DNA of 63,345 nt, counting the filler, from Octopus bimaculoides (taxonomy: Eukaryota), in the NCBI RefSeq assembly GCF_001194135.2. It is 5 parts of 4 records of this genome, joined end to end, with 100 filler letters (N's around TTAATTAATTAA, not from the genome) between each part and the next. Parts side by side here need not be neighbours in the genome. Positions count along the whole stretch, not along the records: positions 8,974 to 40,914 come from NC_068981.1; 4 more parts are not named here. One strand, 5' to 3'. The notes beneath the pieces were generated by a model, which worked only from the letters and a program-made list of their open reading frames with translations, searched no databases and was not told the DNA's origin. How positions within the stretch are numbered: the first letter of the stretch is position 1; each line of letters opens with the position of its first letter. This document shows, piece by piece, positions 24,509 to 39,000 of the stretch. Position numbers and translations under genes: made by a program.

Positions 24509-27139
24509 TCTTGATCATTTGAACATGTATAATAAATAACCAATGGGTCAATGGATTTATGTTTATAAATTAGATGAATGACAGGTTGGTGAACAGTGAT
24601 GCATCTCGCCAGAGATTGTATATGAACGTTGAAAATCAATAAAACCTTAGGTTTACTATATGATTAGGCTAGCATATATCTCGATTACAGGGCCTGAACA
24701 CATCTAGAATTTTTTCCATGAATACAGCGTAGTGACCAACGATGAATACCAGCAATATTTGACGAGCTATTTGACGTAGACTTATTTGTTTCTGCATGGT
24801 GCTTGAATTGGTACAAAAGGGGTGAGCTATATACTTTCTACTCTCTAATGCGAATTCGACTCTACAGCAACACCGTTTTTTAAATATATTGTCATCATCT
24901 TCAGAGACGTTAACAACAGCAACAGAAATGAGTGAAGTAACAGAAATAGTATAGGATTGGCAGCAATACGGTTTTTAGTACTAGTCTTGTCTCACTACTG
25001 TGGTTTTACTTCAACTGCCTATGCAGGCAGTCCGTTCATTGATCCTTACGGAGTAAGTGACGTAAGCACCAGAACTACATTGGTATCGATTCCATAAACT
25101 GTATTGTTCACAAGGAATATGTAAGCTTGTGCAACTGTAAAACAATATTAGCACCCATTTTATGAAGAAATGATTGCATAGTCTTTCAGGTTAGCATATA
25201 TATAAATATATATATATATATATTAAAACCAGTCTTCTTGATTTGTTTTATGAGACAACCGGCACAACGTTTCTAGTATTCTTACAAATAATACGTCACA
25301 CTAATAGGCAAAACAATTGTAAATAAAGATCATGGCAGTCAGTATTAAGAAACTACTTATACAAGCTATGGAGCAGATGCAAAATTCCGATAGACTCTGT
25401 TATGATCTTTAAAACATTTTCATTCATACTTTGAAAGAATTATCTTCCATAACGTCATTGTCATTTCCAAAGCTTATACTCTTGTTATTTGCTAAGTAGA
25501 AAATCGAACTTTAACATTTCGATATTGTATATTATTTATTTCACTCTATGTGTTTATGTAACACAGTTCAACTTAATCTATTAAGAAAATAACTATCTTA
25601 TTGACCAGCGATTTTCAGACTGCTCTTAAGGCAAAGATGTGGTATAATCATATAATGATTGTCTACGTTTGACTTAAAGCTACAGAACTGTAATCGGTTT
25701 AAGATGGTACCAGCAGTTTGGTTAGTCTGTATGCGTATTTTATCGGCCCTGAATGTAAATGTACTAAATATTTTGTCCAGGGCTCTACAGATTATGCCAA
25801 ACAACAGCATCAGTATCAATCTCATAATTCTATGTAGTCGCTCATTCTTGATTGTTAATCAAAGTTGCTGATTATCATCACTCAACGGGGGTATTATTTT
25901 CAATAATACAAATGGGATGGACTATAATCAGAATTCATTGATAATTTAGAATATTGGAAAACTATATCTATTTCACCTTACACCATCGTGGATCTTTTCG
26001 TCGCCATCATCAAAATCGTTTTCATCATTGTCGCTGTCATTATCGTCGTCATCATCATCATCGTCATCGACATCATTATCACCATCGTCATCATCATCAT
26101 ATCCTCATATATGCTACTTTTCCTTCTCCTCTTACTGAAGCTTCATTGACTTCACATCATCATGGTCAACGACAGTAGCAATATTAATTTTACCTTGATC
26201 AACATCATATACACAGTTGTCGCCTTCACAGTCATGAATGCCATCGTTCTCATCATCATCGTCGTTGTGATCATCATATTTTTTAAAGCGAAGAAGCAAG
26301 AAATCCTCAAAGTAAACAACGACATGAAAGTATTGAATAGCACAAGGCGTGTGTGGGTGAAGAAACATAAAAATTTAAGCACTAAATACAAAAAAAATAC
26401 TACCTTCATCATCATCATTGTGCAATAAGCTAACAGCTATTTAACAGGACGAAAACTAATATTTCTTCAGCTTAAGGCAATCAAAGCTATAAAATGTTCT
26501 TAGCAAATAAACAATTTTATGATAAATATTTGAAAACTATAAAGGAGCAGAGTTATTAGATCTAAGCAGTAAATAATTACATTTCTATGATGATTCAAGC
26601 ATCAATTTTAGATTCAAATATTTCTTAGATCAGAGTGCATCAGGTGTGTCACATATTTCAGATACACATACGCGCATGCAAAATATTTTACATCGGTTTC
26701 GATGATGACTGATTAGGTTTTGGTTTACTGAAATGCTTGTTCACTGAGGTACTGTAAAGATACCTGAGTGCTCCACAGATAAGTGTATTCTTAACATAAT
26801 CCACAGGCAAAAAAAAACAACGCGACTCAGACTATGCTTAAGTTTTGACTTTGATCAACAAATACTATCTATTCTATGGCTATAGGCTTTCAATGTGTTT
26901 CCGTCTATCAAACGTTAATCAGCGGATTTATATGGGCACAACTATACTGGAAATAACATTTGTGCAATAGATGTCGAGAAGCTAATTTCTGACCGATTTG
27001 ACAATGGTGCCTTCACAGTAACACACACACACACATGCACACGTCAATGATTATCTTCCTGTGAATTTATACATAAAAGCAATTTAACACTTAAGTGATG
27101 AAATGTTGAATACTTTTTAGTAGACTACATATTTATGAA

Positions 27140-27202
<63 letters not shown>

Positions 27203-28169
27203 TATTCACGGAAGGTATTCGATACTTTATCACAGCATGTTGAACAAAATATCAAGGACTCTATCTGTGTCTATATGTATCTGTGTGTGAGCGAGGTGCA
27301 TCGTCTTAGATTAGATAAAATCGGGAATTATTTTCCCATAAATTTTGAGTTATTAAACATATCGATTATTTCTAACGAACGAAGATATGGTGGAGATTAT
27401 TTTAAAGAGAAAATAAATCAGCTTTGTTAGTGATTGGATAGTTTAGATAAGTAAATAAAATTACAGCAATATGAGCAATATAATATATTGGAGAATATTC
27501 TTCTAAGATTGAAATAGTATCCCTTTGCATGCATCACACCAACTGGAACACAAATTAAGAGATCTCGTCTCCGAAAAATGCTAATATTTTAAGTCATTTT
27601 TGATGGGCTTATACCTTGGAAATTGCCGACTCCTTTTATCAATATTGAAGGCACTTGGGCAAACAAATACCCTGGTCCCCTTTGTTGATATACCACAGTA
27701 TACGTAGATTAACATTGCACATGCTAGGCCATGTGAACCACAGGAATGTTCTGAGTGTGCTCATACGTTAAGAGGGTACTGCTTTTGTGGAATATAGTGT
27801 ATGAAAGAGAATGAAAACTGAATAGTTCCAAGTCAGTCTATTCGTTTTTGTTAGCAGATACTACAAGTCATAATTACGTTTTTGAATAAATAATCAACTT
27901 TAATTAACTTCCTAAATATCAATATAGTTTTATTTTAAAACGGCCAATTTATTCCCCGTTCAGTGTCTTCTTTCATTAGTTCTGTTAAGGCATTAATTTT
28001 CCAAAATTCTATCATGACATAAAACGTATACTACATGTGTTATAGAATATGATACTGGAAAAATGATTTTAAGCATGAAATCGGTAACGAAAGAAAACAT
28101 CCATGATTTTAATTTCTTTTTTGTTTTGTGTCTTTTACTTTTTCATATTGTATTATATGCATTGATAAT

Positions 28170-28390
28170 ATTGGTTTCAAATTTTGGCACATGGCCAGCA
28201 GTTTTGGTGGAAGAATTTGGTCGATTACATCAACCGCAGTTCTCAAATGGTATTTATTTTATTGACCTCTAAATTATGAAAGGCGAAGTCGACCCCGGTG
28301 GAATTCGAACACAGAACGTAAAGATGGACGAAATGCCGTTAACGTATTTTGTCCGGCGTACTAACGGTTGTACCAGCTCGCAGCCTTATA
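28170..28390 (-). mobile_element. Diverged tRNA SINE (family A)
   Basis: gaaaggcgaagtcgacccc..ggaattcgaacacagaacgtaaaga. Confidence 0.8.
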
Positions 28391-29910
28391 TGCAATGATA
28401 ATATTGCCATGTGTCTTTTTAAAGTAACTTGAGATCAAGTATTAAAGTGCAGGATCCCTCTAGTATGTGAAACGTATTGTTTATACCAGTTTACTCTAGG
28501 AGAAAATTCATCAAGAACGTTTCAGATGTAATCCATTTGTTTGGGTATAGTGTATCTAAGATTACATTGCTAACATGTTTCATATTTTCTGAAAATGATT
28601 TTGAGGGAGATTTAGCATTTATGTCTAACTGATCGAGCAGCAGCGTAGAAGCCTCCTCATTGGTTCCACTAAAGAAAGTTTATCCCTTATATCGACATTT
28701 ATTCTGTTATTAATCCTGTAGTTGGGTGTCCCTTCAAAATATTTTCAATTAAATATTGTCAATAACATTGTTCATTATGCATTAGATATATTTATAGAAC
28801 TAACAACTATTCTCAATTAATCATCATACGCTTCAGACTCAACTCAAGAAAGTAGGGCAGCTTGATTTTATGGTTTATTTCAGTATGATGTTGTCAATTA
28901 AAATTTAATTTTGATCACAGAAAGTTGAATGTTTAATTGGATCTTATCATTAATTATATTCCTAAATATCTACTAGCAGTCAGTTCATCAAAATATATAG
29001 AAAATATAGAAACACTCCCAAAGCTCTCATTAATTTTGTAATGTGTACGGTTTGAAATTAGAGTTAATGGAGTGGAAATTTTTATCTGCAAAATAAACTC
29101 AAGATGAGATTGTATGAAATATATATTCAATGTAGATTAATTAGCAACAATTGATAGCTGAAATGAAATGAAAACAAAGGAGAAAAGAGAAATACGAATC
29201 ATATAAATAACTGCAAACATTCAAAAGTTTTGATCGAATGAGATTTATGGCAGTAGATATATTCTTTCATGTATCAAAAACGAAACGCAGTATAGAAAAA
29301 CAGTATGGCATATACACAAAGCGTACGGGAAGTCGGTAATAAAGAAAACGGAGAAATATTTTCGAAAGTAATTGGTAAGCGAGAACTTCTGATTGAAATT
29401 TGTTCTATCGAGCAGTTAGGCAAATAAATATTTATTCTAAGATGTACAGAAACTTAATCAACACTTCTTCAAAATTCCAAGCACGAAAATCAATCAGTCT
29501 CTCTCCAGTCAATACACAGATCGAATATAAGGATATTCTTTAAGTGCTTATAAAGATTTAATTCAAAAAGATTAGACAGAGGATTGACCTAATTCCTGGT
29601 GCTTAAGGTCATTTCTTATCTACGTCTTCGACACGTATTCAAGAGGCAAATATGGTTATTCTGCCGAGGTTAAGCAACAACAAAAGCAACACATATCCAA
29701 GACATATCATTAATGATATCCATTGTTGTTTTTTTTATCGCACTAGATCATTCATAAATTCAATACATGTAAGTTACAGGAATTAGTTGTATCCAGAAAT
29801 TAGACAAATCCAAAGCAGACGATGACATTCACTTTCATTTGGCTTACGAACATAGTTTGTTGCCTAAAAGGCTCATATATCTATATCAATACACCCCCCC
29901 CACACACACA

Positions 29911-29941
<31 letters not shown>

Positions 29942-30149
29942 GCACACACACACACACACACACACACGGACAAGTGAATCTTGGAAGAAGGGGCCTTGTA
30001 AGTCTTTCAGATAGATGGAAGAGCATTCTAGAAAATGAAGGAGTGTATATTCTACATAAAAAAAAATTGTTTATCTTAATTTTCAAAAATAAAAGAAGCA
30101 TAAAAAAACCACATTATTTATGGGATGACCCAATATGTATGGGTCATCC

Positions 30150-30500
30150 ATTCAATCGTCACCATGTTGGAGCACTAAGCTGAAGTTCTTAATGGAAAAA
30201 AATCGATCCAGCACTGTTTATCTAAGCCTGATATTTATTCATTCGTTCTCTTTTTACCAAACCGCCAATTTACGGGAACGTCAACAAACGAACACCAGGT
30301 GTGTGTATGTGTGTGCGTGTGTGCGTGCGCGCGCTTAGATATAGGAGGGTTCCTTTCAATTTTCGCCAAGCAAATCCATTCACAGGATTTTGGTCGGCCT
30401 AGGTCTATAGTAAATGACACGCATGATGCAATACAGTGGGACCGAACCTGAAGCCATGAGGTTGAGAAGCAGTTTTCTGACCATTCAGTCCTGTGGGTAC
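30150..30500 (-). mobile_element. Diverged CORE-like SINE (family B); a further degenerate copy lies at about 30620-30870
   Basis: catgttggagcac, gcaatacagtgggaccgaacc and internal (GT)n match family B. Confidence 0.65.
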
Positions 30501-32254
30501 CAATATCGTCTTATATATGCTGCACTTATTTCATTCCTTTGTCGGACACCAGCTTGGCAGGTTTTGGTCAAAGAAATCGCCACTTGTAATTACGGTTTTT
30601 AATTTTTTTTTTATGTGTGTGTAAGTGTGACACTTATTCTATCGGTCTCTGTTGTTGCAACGCTATGTTGCCGAGACGTAAACACTGATTGATAAGAAGT
30701 AATGTGGTGACAAACAGATACAATGACACCCTTACACATATAAATACGAGGTGCCTCCATACAGTTTCCATTCTTCCGAATTCCCTCTTATGGTATTGGT
30801 TAGGGTACTAATTGAAGTCACTTGCCAAGGTGCCATGCAAGGGGACTAAATCCAAAAGTGGGTACTTGCAATGCAAGCATTTAAGATACGCGTGCACGCA
30901 CACATACGCGCGTACATACATACACGTACATACATATAACTGAATATCAGTAACGCTGGATAAATCGGAACTAGAGGTAAATACGTTTCTCTTTTGCAAA
31001 GCTTATTAATTCAGATATACTAAGCCAGAAAGAAATCGCAAAAAATATTTGTTCATAAGTAGTAAACCATCTCCCGTCACCTTTCTGCTGCCTCATTGTT
31101 ATTATTGCTATACATAAGAAAATATCAAGTGTCATGTTTGCTTCTTATACAAAGTATGTATAAAACTGTTTTCCATCTTGCATATGCGTGAATGCATTTA
31201 TTGATTTCATACTGCCTTTGTATAAATGTAGTAAATACGGTCACAAATTCTTTTGTTTCGTTATTTTAACATTGAAATGAATGAGCAACGGTTCAGGCGT
31301 TTAGCTATTGTTTAAATAACTAGTGATTTAGATTCTCCATCATCCCTAAAATTAGATTCTCCATTATCCCTAAAATTTATTTTCAAATCGTTTGTTCTAA
31401 AAAGTAGTCTCTAGAGGATACATCGAAAGGCAATTCTTGCCGCTGGATCGTAGAAAAGTTTATTCATTGTATTTGTTATGTCTCAAGCTGCTGCTATTTA
31501 GCACCTTCGGATGATCTCTACTCAACCGCTACACAACTGCTACTCAACACTCCTACCACGGCGACACTACCTCTATTTATATGTCTTGCGAGATCCTACT
31601 TCTTCGCCTGGGAGCATCGACACAACAGTATTATCTTTTAAGTGTGGTATATGTTCACTAAATCCTTAACAATCTTTAGACACTGTCAGTGATATAGATT
31701 AAAGTAAAAAGACAAAGCAAAATGTTTGGCATCACTTGAATAAGACATAATTTAGATAGAGAATATAAACATATAGCTTTTCTTACAGCTGTTTCTAGAA
31801 TAGCAAATGATGTGAATCATTATATTGAGCAAAGTTTCCATAAGATGAGGATAATGTTATCAGAAAAGGAGAGGTCAGAGAGAACTCAGAAAGACAATAT
31901 CAGTGTAACACTATTTAACGATGTGATAAAGATAACACATCCTTTCGGTAACAAACACTTGGGTGTTGTCCTTATTTTGACACTGAAAGTATGGACTTGG
32001 AGTACAATGATTCTTTCCAATCATTGTTAAAGAACAAAAAAAATTACTTTTCTAACCGTCTTCGGTCTCATCAATTGACTTTAAATGCAATTTCATGTTT
32101 GTATGTGAACTCAAAGTGAACACTTTAACCGCATCTACTACATTAACTGAAATAATGTCCAGCTAATGTGCACATCTAGTTAAGAAGTACGCTTTGACAG
32201 AAGAGAAATAATTCAGAGACAGCAGAGATTTGTATCTTTTATTTTTTATTTATT

Positions 32255-32356
32255 TCATTCAATAGACTGCAGCCATTATGCAGTATTGTCTTGGTTACGG
32301 GGACGTAATCGCACCAGCTCTGATCGTCAAAGAGTAGTGGAGGACAAACACGGACG

Positions 32357-32391
<35 letters not shown>

Positions 32392-32550
32392 CGGGCTTCT
32401 TTCACTTTCCGTTTACCAAATCGACTCACAAGGCTTTGATCGACCGAAGTTATAAAAGAAGTCACTTGCTCTTGGTACCACGCAGTGGGACTGAACCTGA
32501 AACTGTGTAGTTGGGAAGCAAGCTTCTTACTACACAGTCACGCCTGCGTC
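32255..32550 (-). mobile_element. Diverged CORE-like SINE (family B)
   Basis: cacgacgggcttctttca.tttccgt.taccaaat..actcacaaggctttg; ccacgcagtgggactgaacc. Confidence 0.8.
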
Positions 32551-32664
32551 TCTAAGTTAAAAATTATGCCTGCATGGTAGATGTAAATCTCTGTTGTTTT
32601 CTTACAGACACACAAAAAAAGATATATTGCGTAATTTAACATACCGTTATGTATAACGTTTATG

Positions 32665-32706
<42 letters not shown>

Positions 32707-33444
32707 GTGGAATGACACTACCTCTAATATTTTGTCTCAGAGAACGATATCAAAAGACACGTGTTTTTAGAACAAAGGCCTTCACCTCAAAACGCCGGCA
32801 GTGTAAGAGAAAATATATCAGAATGAAATAGTTCTAGAGTCTCTTTAATGATAGGTCTGCCTGAGATGGACTGAAACACAACAAAGTAAAAAAAAAATCG
32901 ATAAAGAATGAAAGTATAGTGGTGGTCCCTCTCTAAAGCGTCAGATTACTTAACTGAAACTGAGACACTTTATACCTCCTATATTTACCGTCCATAAAAT
33001 GATGCAAGATACATGGACGTGTGTGTGTGAGTTCGTGTGTAACATATGTATATTACATTAGTATTTTTATGTATATTTCCATTGACTATCCTTTCTCTCT
33101 CCCTTGTTAGCAAATTAGTGTATGCTGACTATATTATTAGAATTTAATAAGCTGCCTCACCATGAGAACTGCCCATTCATAATAGTTCAAACGGATTCTC
33201 ATGAAGCAACAAGTATAACTTCTTCATTAGGGTGAAACTGTATGAGATGACATAATTAATCAATAATGAATACTGCTTGCACTATAACAAAAATCAACAA
33301 TAAATGGCATAAGGCATAATGCTGGTTCTCTTATTTTCGTTTCTCGGTATTGTGCAGTGAAAGGCTTTTATTTTTAACACGGTAAAACACGTGTAACTTC
33401 ATTAGATGAGACTGATGGGAAAAATTCCCTCATATATATTTATG

Positions 33445-33522
<78 letters not shown>

Positions 33523-34149
33523 TATGCGTGTGCATGTATGTGAGTGTGTTCGTATCTGTATGTGTAAATATTTATAAATTCGTGTTTGTGTGCGTGTGTG
33601 TGTGTGCGCGTGTCTGTGTATGTATGTATATATGTATGTATGTATGTATGTATCTATGTGTGTATGTATGTTTAAATATTGTGTGTGTTGGTAAACCGGA
33701 TATTCCATCATATCGGAAGATTTCCGCCAGCTAACTGCAGCCAACCTCGTTCGTCATCAAACAAAAACTCTTCTGTACCTTGTACAGCGACTTATCTCCG
33801 GTTTATGTTTTACACAGTTAGCCTGTCGATTTGCATGTGTAGAGTAGTGGGGACCAAATTATCGTTCCTCCGCACTGCCCTGTCCTTTGAACGGACGCAG
33901 CTCCCGTGCTTCCTCCACTCCCTTTGTGAGATTTTTCCTCTTCTGGTGTTTCAGATCGATCATTTGCAGAAAATAATTCACTGCTTTTGCTGGGAAACTC
34001 GACTCCATAGGGGTTCAGGCTAGATCCTATCCTTTAACAAGTGTGCCATGCTTCCTATCATACTATTTTTCAATTCTTGTAGTTGTTGACAGGTATTAAG
34101 TTCCTTTTTCCACAATACTCTATGATTTGCCACGAAATATCTACATGCG

Positions 34150-34183
<34 letters not shown>

Positions 34184-34645
34184 AACGCACACACACACAC
34201 AAACACACACACACACACACACACNNNNNNNNNNNNNNNNNNNNNNNNNNNNNNNNNNNNNNNNNNNNNNNNNNNNNNNNNNNNNNNNNNNNNNNNNNNN
34301 NNNNNNNNNNNNNNNNNNNNNNNNNNNNNNNNNNNNNNNNNNNNNNNNNNNNNNNNNNNNNNNNNNNNNNNNNNNNNNNNNNNNNNNNNNNNNNNNNNNN
34401 NNNNNNNNNNNNNNNNNNNNNNNNNNNNNNNNNNNNNNNNNNNNNNNNNNNNNNNNNNNNNNNNNNNNNNNNNNNNNNNNNNNNNNNNNNNNNNNNNNNN
34501 NNNNNNNNNNNNNNNNNNNNNNNNNNNNNNNNNNNNTATATATATATATATATATATATATATTCATATATATACGAATGTTATATGTAAAAATAAGTAT
34601 GTTATTGTTTGTGTGGGTGTATTTGTGCATATCTGAACATGCATG

Positions 34646-34769
34646 CGAGGGATGTATGAAAATTTTTGAGCCTTGAAGGCCTCTGAGCCTTGAATTCTGG
34701 TACCTTCATCAGAAGTCTTGTACCATATTTTGTTTTTTTGAGGCTCAAGACTTTTCATACATCCCCTCA
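34646..34769. mobile_element. Mariner-type MITE (about 125 bp)
   Basis: Imperfect TIRs cgagggatgtatgaaaatttttgagcct (34646-34673) and aggctcaagacttttcatacatcccctca (34741-34769), followed by TA. Confidence 0.7.
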
Positions 34770-35575
34770 TATATACATATGAGTGTTCATAAGTATATCT
34801 AATTCTGGTAACTCATTATTAGTATCCATACGCCTATGTGAAATCATTATATATGTATATTATGGAGGCCAATGGGTGATGTACTGAATGCCCTACGCAA
34901 AAACAAAACAAAAGAATAATTAATTAATTGAAGTTATCCGCTCTATAGAAGAGAAAGAATTCTATTCTAGTTTGTGGCAATATTTATCTGCTTTCAAAAA
35001 GAAATTTAATAGAACTTCATTTTTTTGGAATTTAATTCGCATGATTAGGGAAAGGAAAGTTTGATTAATGTTTGCAGGAAACGGACAACTATGAACATGT
35101 TTCGGTCTAACAGTCCTTATCAGTCAATTATAGTCTATTGAAGCTAACATGATATGTTAACAAATAACTTTACATTGAACAAAATAATTACGAATACTTC
35201 TTCGTCAGTATCGTTTTCTACAATTCTGAAATTAATATGAGATAAAAGAAATAAAACAAAACCGCCAATGTCCTGAATTTGTGAAATGGAGTATACATGT
35301 AGACAGTCAAACTGCTAGAAGTAACAAATAAAATATCAACTAGGTTCTAGCCTATTGCTTTAAATCGGTTTACAGATCGAAATTAGACTATACTTACAAT
35401 ATGCTAATTGTCACGCAAGGAATGATTTTCATTTTGGGCCAAAGAGAGGCAAAACAACAACACCTACAGCAACAGTGAAAACAACAACAACAAAACAAAA
35501 CAATAATACGAAAGACACCATGAATTACAACTACAGCATCAGCCTGAACGAGAATAAAAACATGAAAAGCTTCAA

Positions 35576-36056
35576 CATCCCGTAAGTACTGTCCGAATTT
35601 TGAATAAAGAAAATAAATGATCAAATCTTATATTTAATTGAAATTTAATCATCAATGTATTTTTTCTGATTGTCTATGACTTCCTTCCATCTATTTACAA
35701 GCTTTTTAATCCCATCAATGTAAAACTCTGTTGGTTTCAAAGCGAAGGACTCTGAAGTGTCAGTTTCGACTTCCTCCTGGCTTGCGAAAGTCATATCTCC
35801 CAAATGATTCTGTAAACTACGAAACAAATGGTATTCTGAAGGAGCAAGGTCGGGAGAATAAAGTGGATGAGGAATTTTTCCCAACCAAGCTCTTTCATCT
35901 TCTGTGATGTGATCTTTTCAGTGTAGGGTCGCGCATTGTCCTGACGAAACATCACTCATTTTCGATTCACTAAAGCGGGTCTTTTTTTCTTCAAAGCTTG
36001 GTTCAAACGCTCTAATTGCTGACAGTACACTTGAGTATTGATTGTTGCACAATGGG
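35576..36056 (-). pseudogene. Mariner transposase relic (3' half of the DD34D domain plus a partial TIR)
   Basis: TINTQVYCQQLERLNQALKKKRPALVNRK*VMFRQDNARPY..ELGWE/IPHPLYSPDLAPSEYHLFRSLQNHL..RWKEVIDNQKKYIDD*. Carries the YSPDLAP motif, one stop and one frameshift. Confidence 0.92.
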
Positions 36057-39000
36057 TTCAGCGCAAATCTCTGTTTAAACGTCTCTTAATGTCAGTGTAA
36101 AGTCGCTAATGTTTGTGTTATACTTCAGCTAACCTTACTCAGCAAGGAAATAATTCTACTTTATTCCATGTTTGCTGCTTAGGACAGCATAGGTTTCGAA
36201 CACTTTCTTTATATCAACCGGCTACTAATTCCCAAAAGATATAACCTGTAAATGAATACAGGAACACCAAAACAATTACTTTTTGTTTTCATTTCTAGAT
36301 GAAAGAAGAATTCTTTAGAGGCGCCTGATCTTCTTCCTTTAGTTAACAAATAAAATCGGTTATAAAAAATTCGTCACGTAAACACTTATTAATTAGATAC
36401 ATTAATGACAAGATAATTTATTGGAAACTTAATCAAGTACACGGTGGAAATGTTAAGATACCATGATGTATATTGTATTCCGTAGAGTATTGATGACATA
36501 AATAAAAGGAAGTGACTTCTGCAGAGAAACAAATGTAGTCGTTATTTCGTTTGCACCATTTCACCGGGAACTCAATAGAGTCCCTTACTTAGTAGATTAT
36601 TGAAATAATCTTGTTTGCCGTCAAGCCGTTAAACTAATCAGTTATTTCATTTTATTTACTGACCAGCAACTATCAATAATATAATTATCTTGTTATGGTC
36701 AATGTGTATGATATTTTAACTATAGAGCGAAATCAAAGACATAATATATTTTCCAAACAACACAGCCAGGCGATCACACACATATGAATACCTGTGTGTG
36801 TGTATGTGTGTGTGTGTATACGTATGCATATGCGTATGTATATATATGTTTATGCATGCATATATGCACAAAATCCATGGCTCAATTGAATAACTTCTCT
36901 AATTCTTTCACTGGGATTGTGAATTCAAATCAAGTCATATATATCATTTTTCTGATATGAAACTAAAGATTTTAAGATCTTTTAATATTTTACCAACAGT
37001 AGGCATGCCGTAGTAGACTGATATTGTCTTCTGTTTCGTTCTCAAGTTAGAATTATTTGCTTCTAGACATAAACGTTATGTATCAGATAACAACTCATGG
37101 TAAAAGAACTAACAAGTGCACAACAAATAATATAGTTTTCAATGTCGTTCTCTCCTTAGATTACATGTTCTGTACTACTACTGTGGACGTCACGCCTTGT
37201 CAAGAATGAAGAGTTTCAAGAAAACTATAAATGTATTTTATGGCTTTCTGTTTAAAAGAAACTTAGAGTTTTATAAATCATTAGATATTCCATGCGGAGT
37301 ACTAATTACAATAATTGCATTTTCAAAATAGTGGATTTGCATAACTAGTAGAGCATCGAGGAAAAATGCCTTCCAGCGTTTCTTTGTATCATTTTATGTT
37401 TAATTTTTCAAATTTCTCTGATGTTGACTGGGTCTTTCATCTTATGAGTTAACAGAATAGATTTCCAGTCAGGTATTGGGATCGATATAATCGTCTATAC
37501 CACACCCACCCAGCCAGAATATACTGTATTACGCCTATGTTAGAAATCAACATTAAATTTAACTGTAAACTATGTAAAATAAGTGAAAAAGAATTTTTGT
37601 CTGTTTGTTTGTTTTTGCTATATTTTTCAGTAGCAATTCAAATAATTTATTACGATTATTTAAAAAGAGTATTGTCCTTGTTTAAAATTCTTCACAGTTA
37701 TCTTTGGAGATTTTTGCTAGACAAAAAAGTGATCTGCGTCTTATGGTTTTTTTGTTTACGATTCATTTTATCGCAATATCTTTATTAAAAGATTGGCTGA
37801 GACATAATTCTACTTTTGGTAAAAAAAGAAAAACAAAATATATTAGTAAATGTCAACAACTATTCATGGTTTGTTTTAGATTGTTTTTTTATATATTATC
37901 TTCTTCGTAAAAGTAATATATGTTTACCAACAAATTATTATGAGGAAAACATGATATGACAAAGATGATAATTATAAAAAAAGAACAGAAAGAGGGAAAA
38001 TAATCCATGTGTCATGTAATTTTGCAAGAGAGATAAAGTTTCATTTTGAAATATTTGCACCGTGACAAGAGAGAAATAGAAAATAAATTTGATGGAAATA
38101 TTGAGAATAATGAATAATTATCTACTACTAGACAAAATCGAGATTTATGAGCGTAGGGTAACTGGAATCTACAAGGCTTATACCTTCATTAACTGGCTTC
38201 AGCTAGTATTTGAAATCCCGGATCATTGATGAAGTTTATTGTGAAAATCACCGAACTATGATAGCCATCAACTTTCTTGTTAACGAAAATTAGCATGGAA
38301 TGATGATGCATTCGACAACTATAGTTTGAATATATTTTCCCATGTCCTCGGTTTGACAGAAACATTATGGAGAAAATTGTGTACGGAGTAATTGAGCAAA
38401 ATCTCATAAGATGCAGTGTACTGGTTCTTAGAGGATAAATTTAATTTCTCACTAAGTTAAACACAGCTACCTACCTCATCAATAACTTCTAGCGAATTCC
38501 TCTATATTGGAACTATGAAAACCATGTTTGTAGACTAAGGATAGCATGCATTTTCGAGTTGTTTTCTAATGCAGGAGCCAATGAGAAGTGGCTCCTTTGC
38601 ATCACCTGACTGAAGGATCGAGTTTCCTACGTAATAATTTTCCTAATTTGAAGTTACACAAAGCTGGTATTCATCTCTAGTTTTCATTGCACTCAGTGGT
38701 TAAGAGAAAAGTTTTCTCAATTCGAAGTTACTTAATATAAATATCCTGCTCTAACGTAATTAGCTTAGAAGATATGTGAAAGTTTGAGTCTATTTTGCAA
38801 AGAAGTCATTATTTCAGTCACGTTATCTAAAAGACATATGGATTGAAAGAATTGTGCATGCGGTCCTCAATCTGTCAGTAATATCAGTGCCAAATTTTTC
38901 CCTCAGAGTAACTTATATGGATTTTAAGCACACCATATGGTGCGCACGACATATCGGGTGTAGATGATTTTTAAATTGAATGCGTGAGAACTTTGATGGT

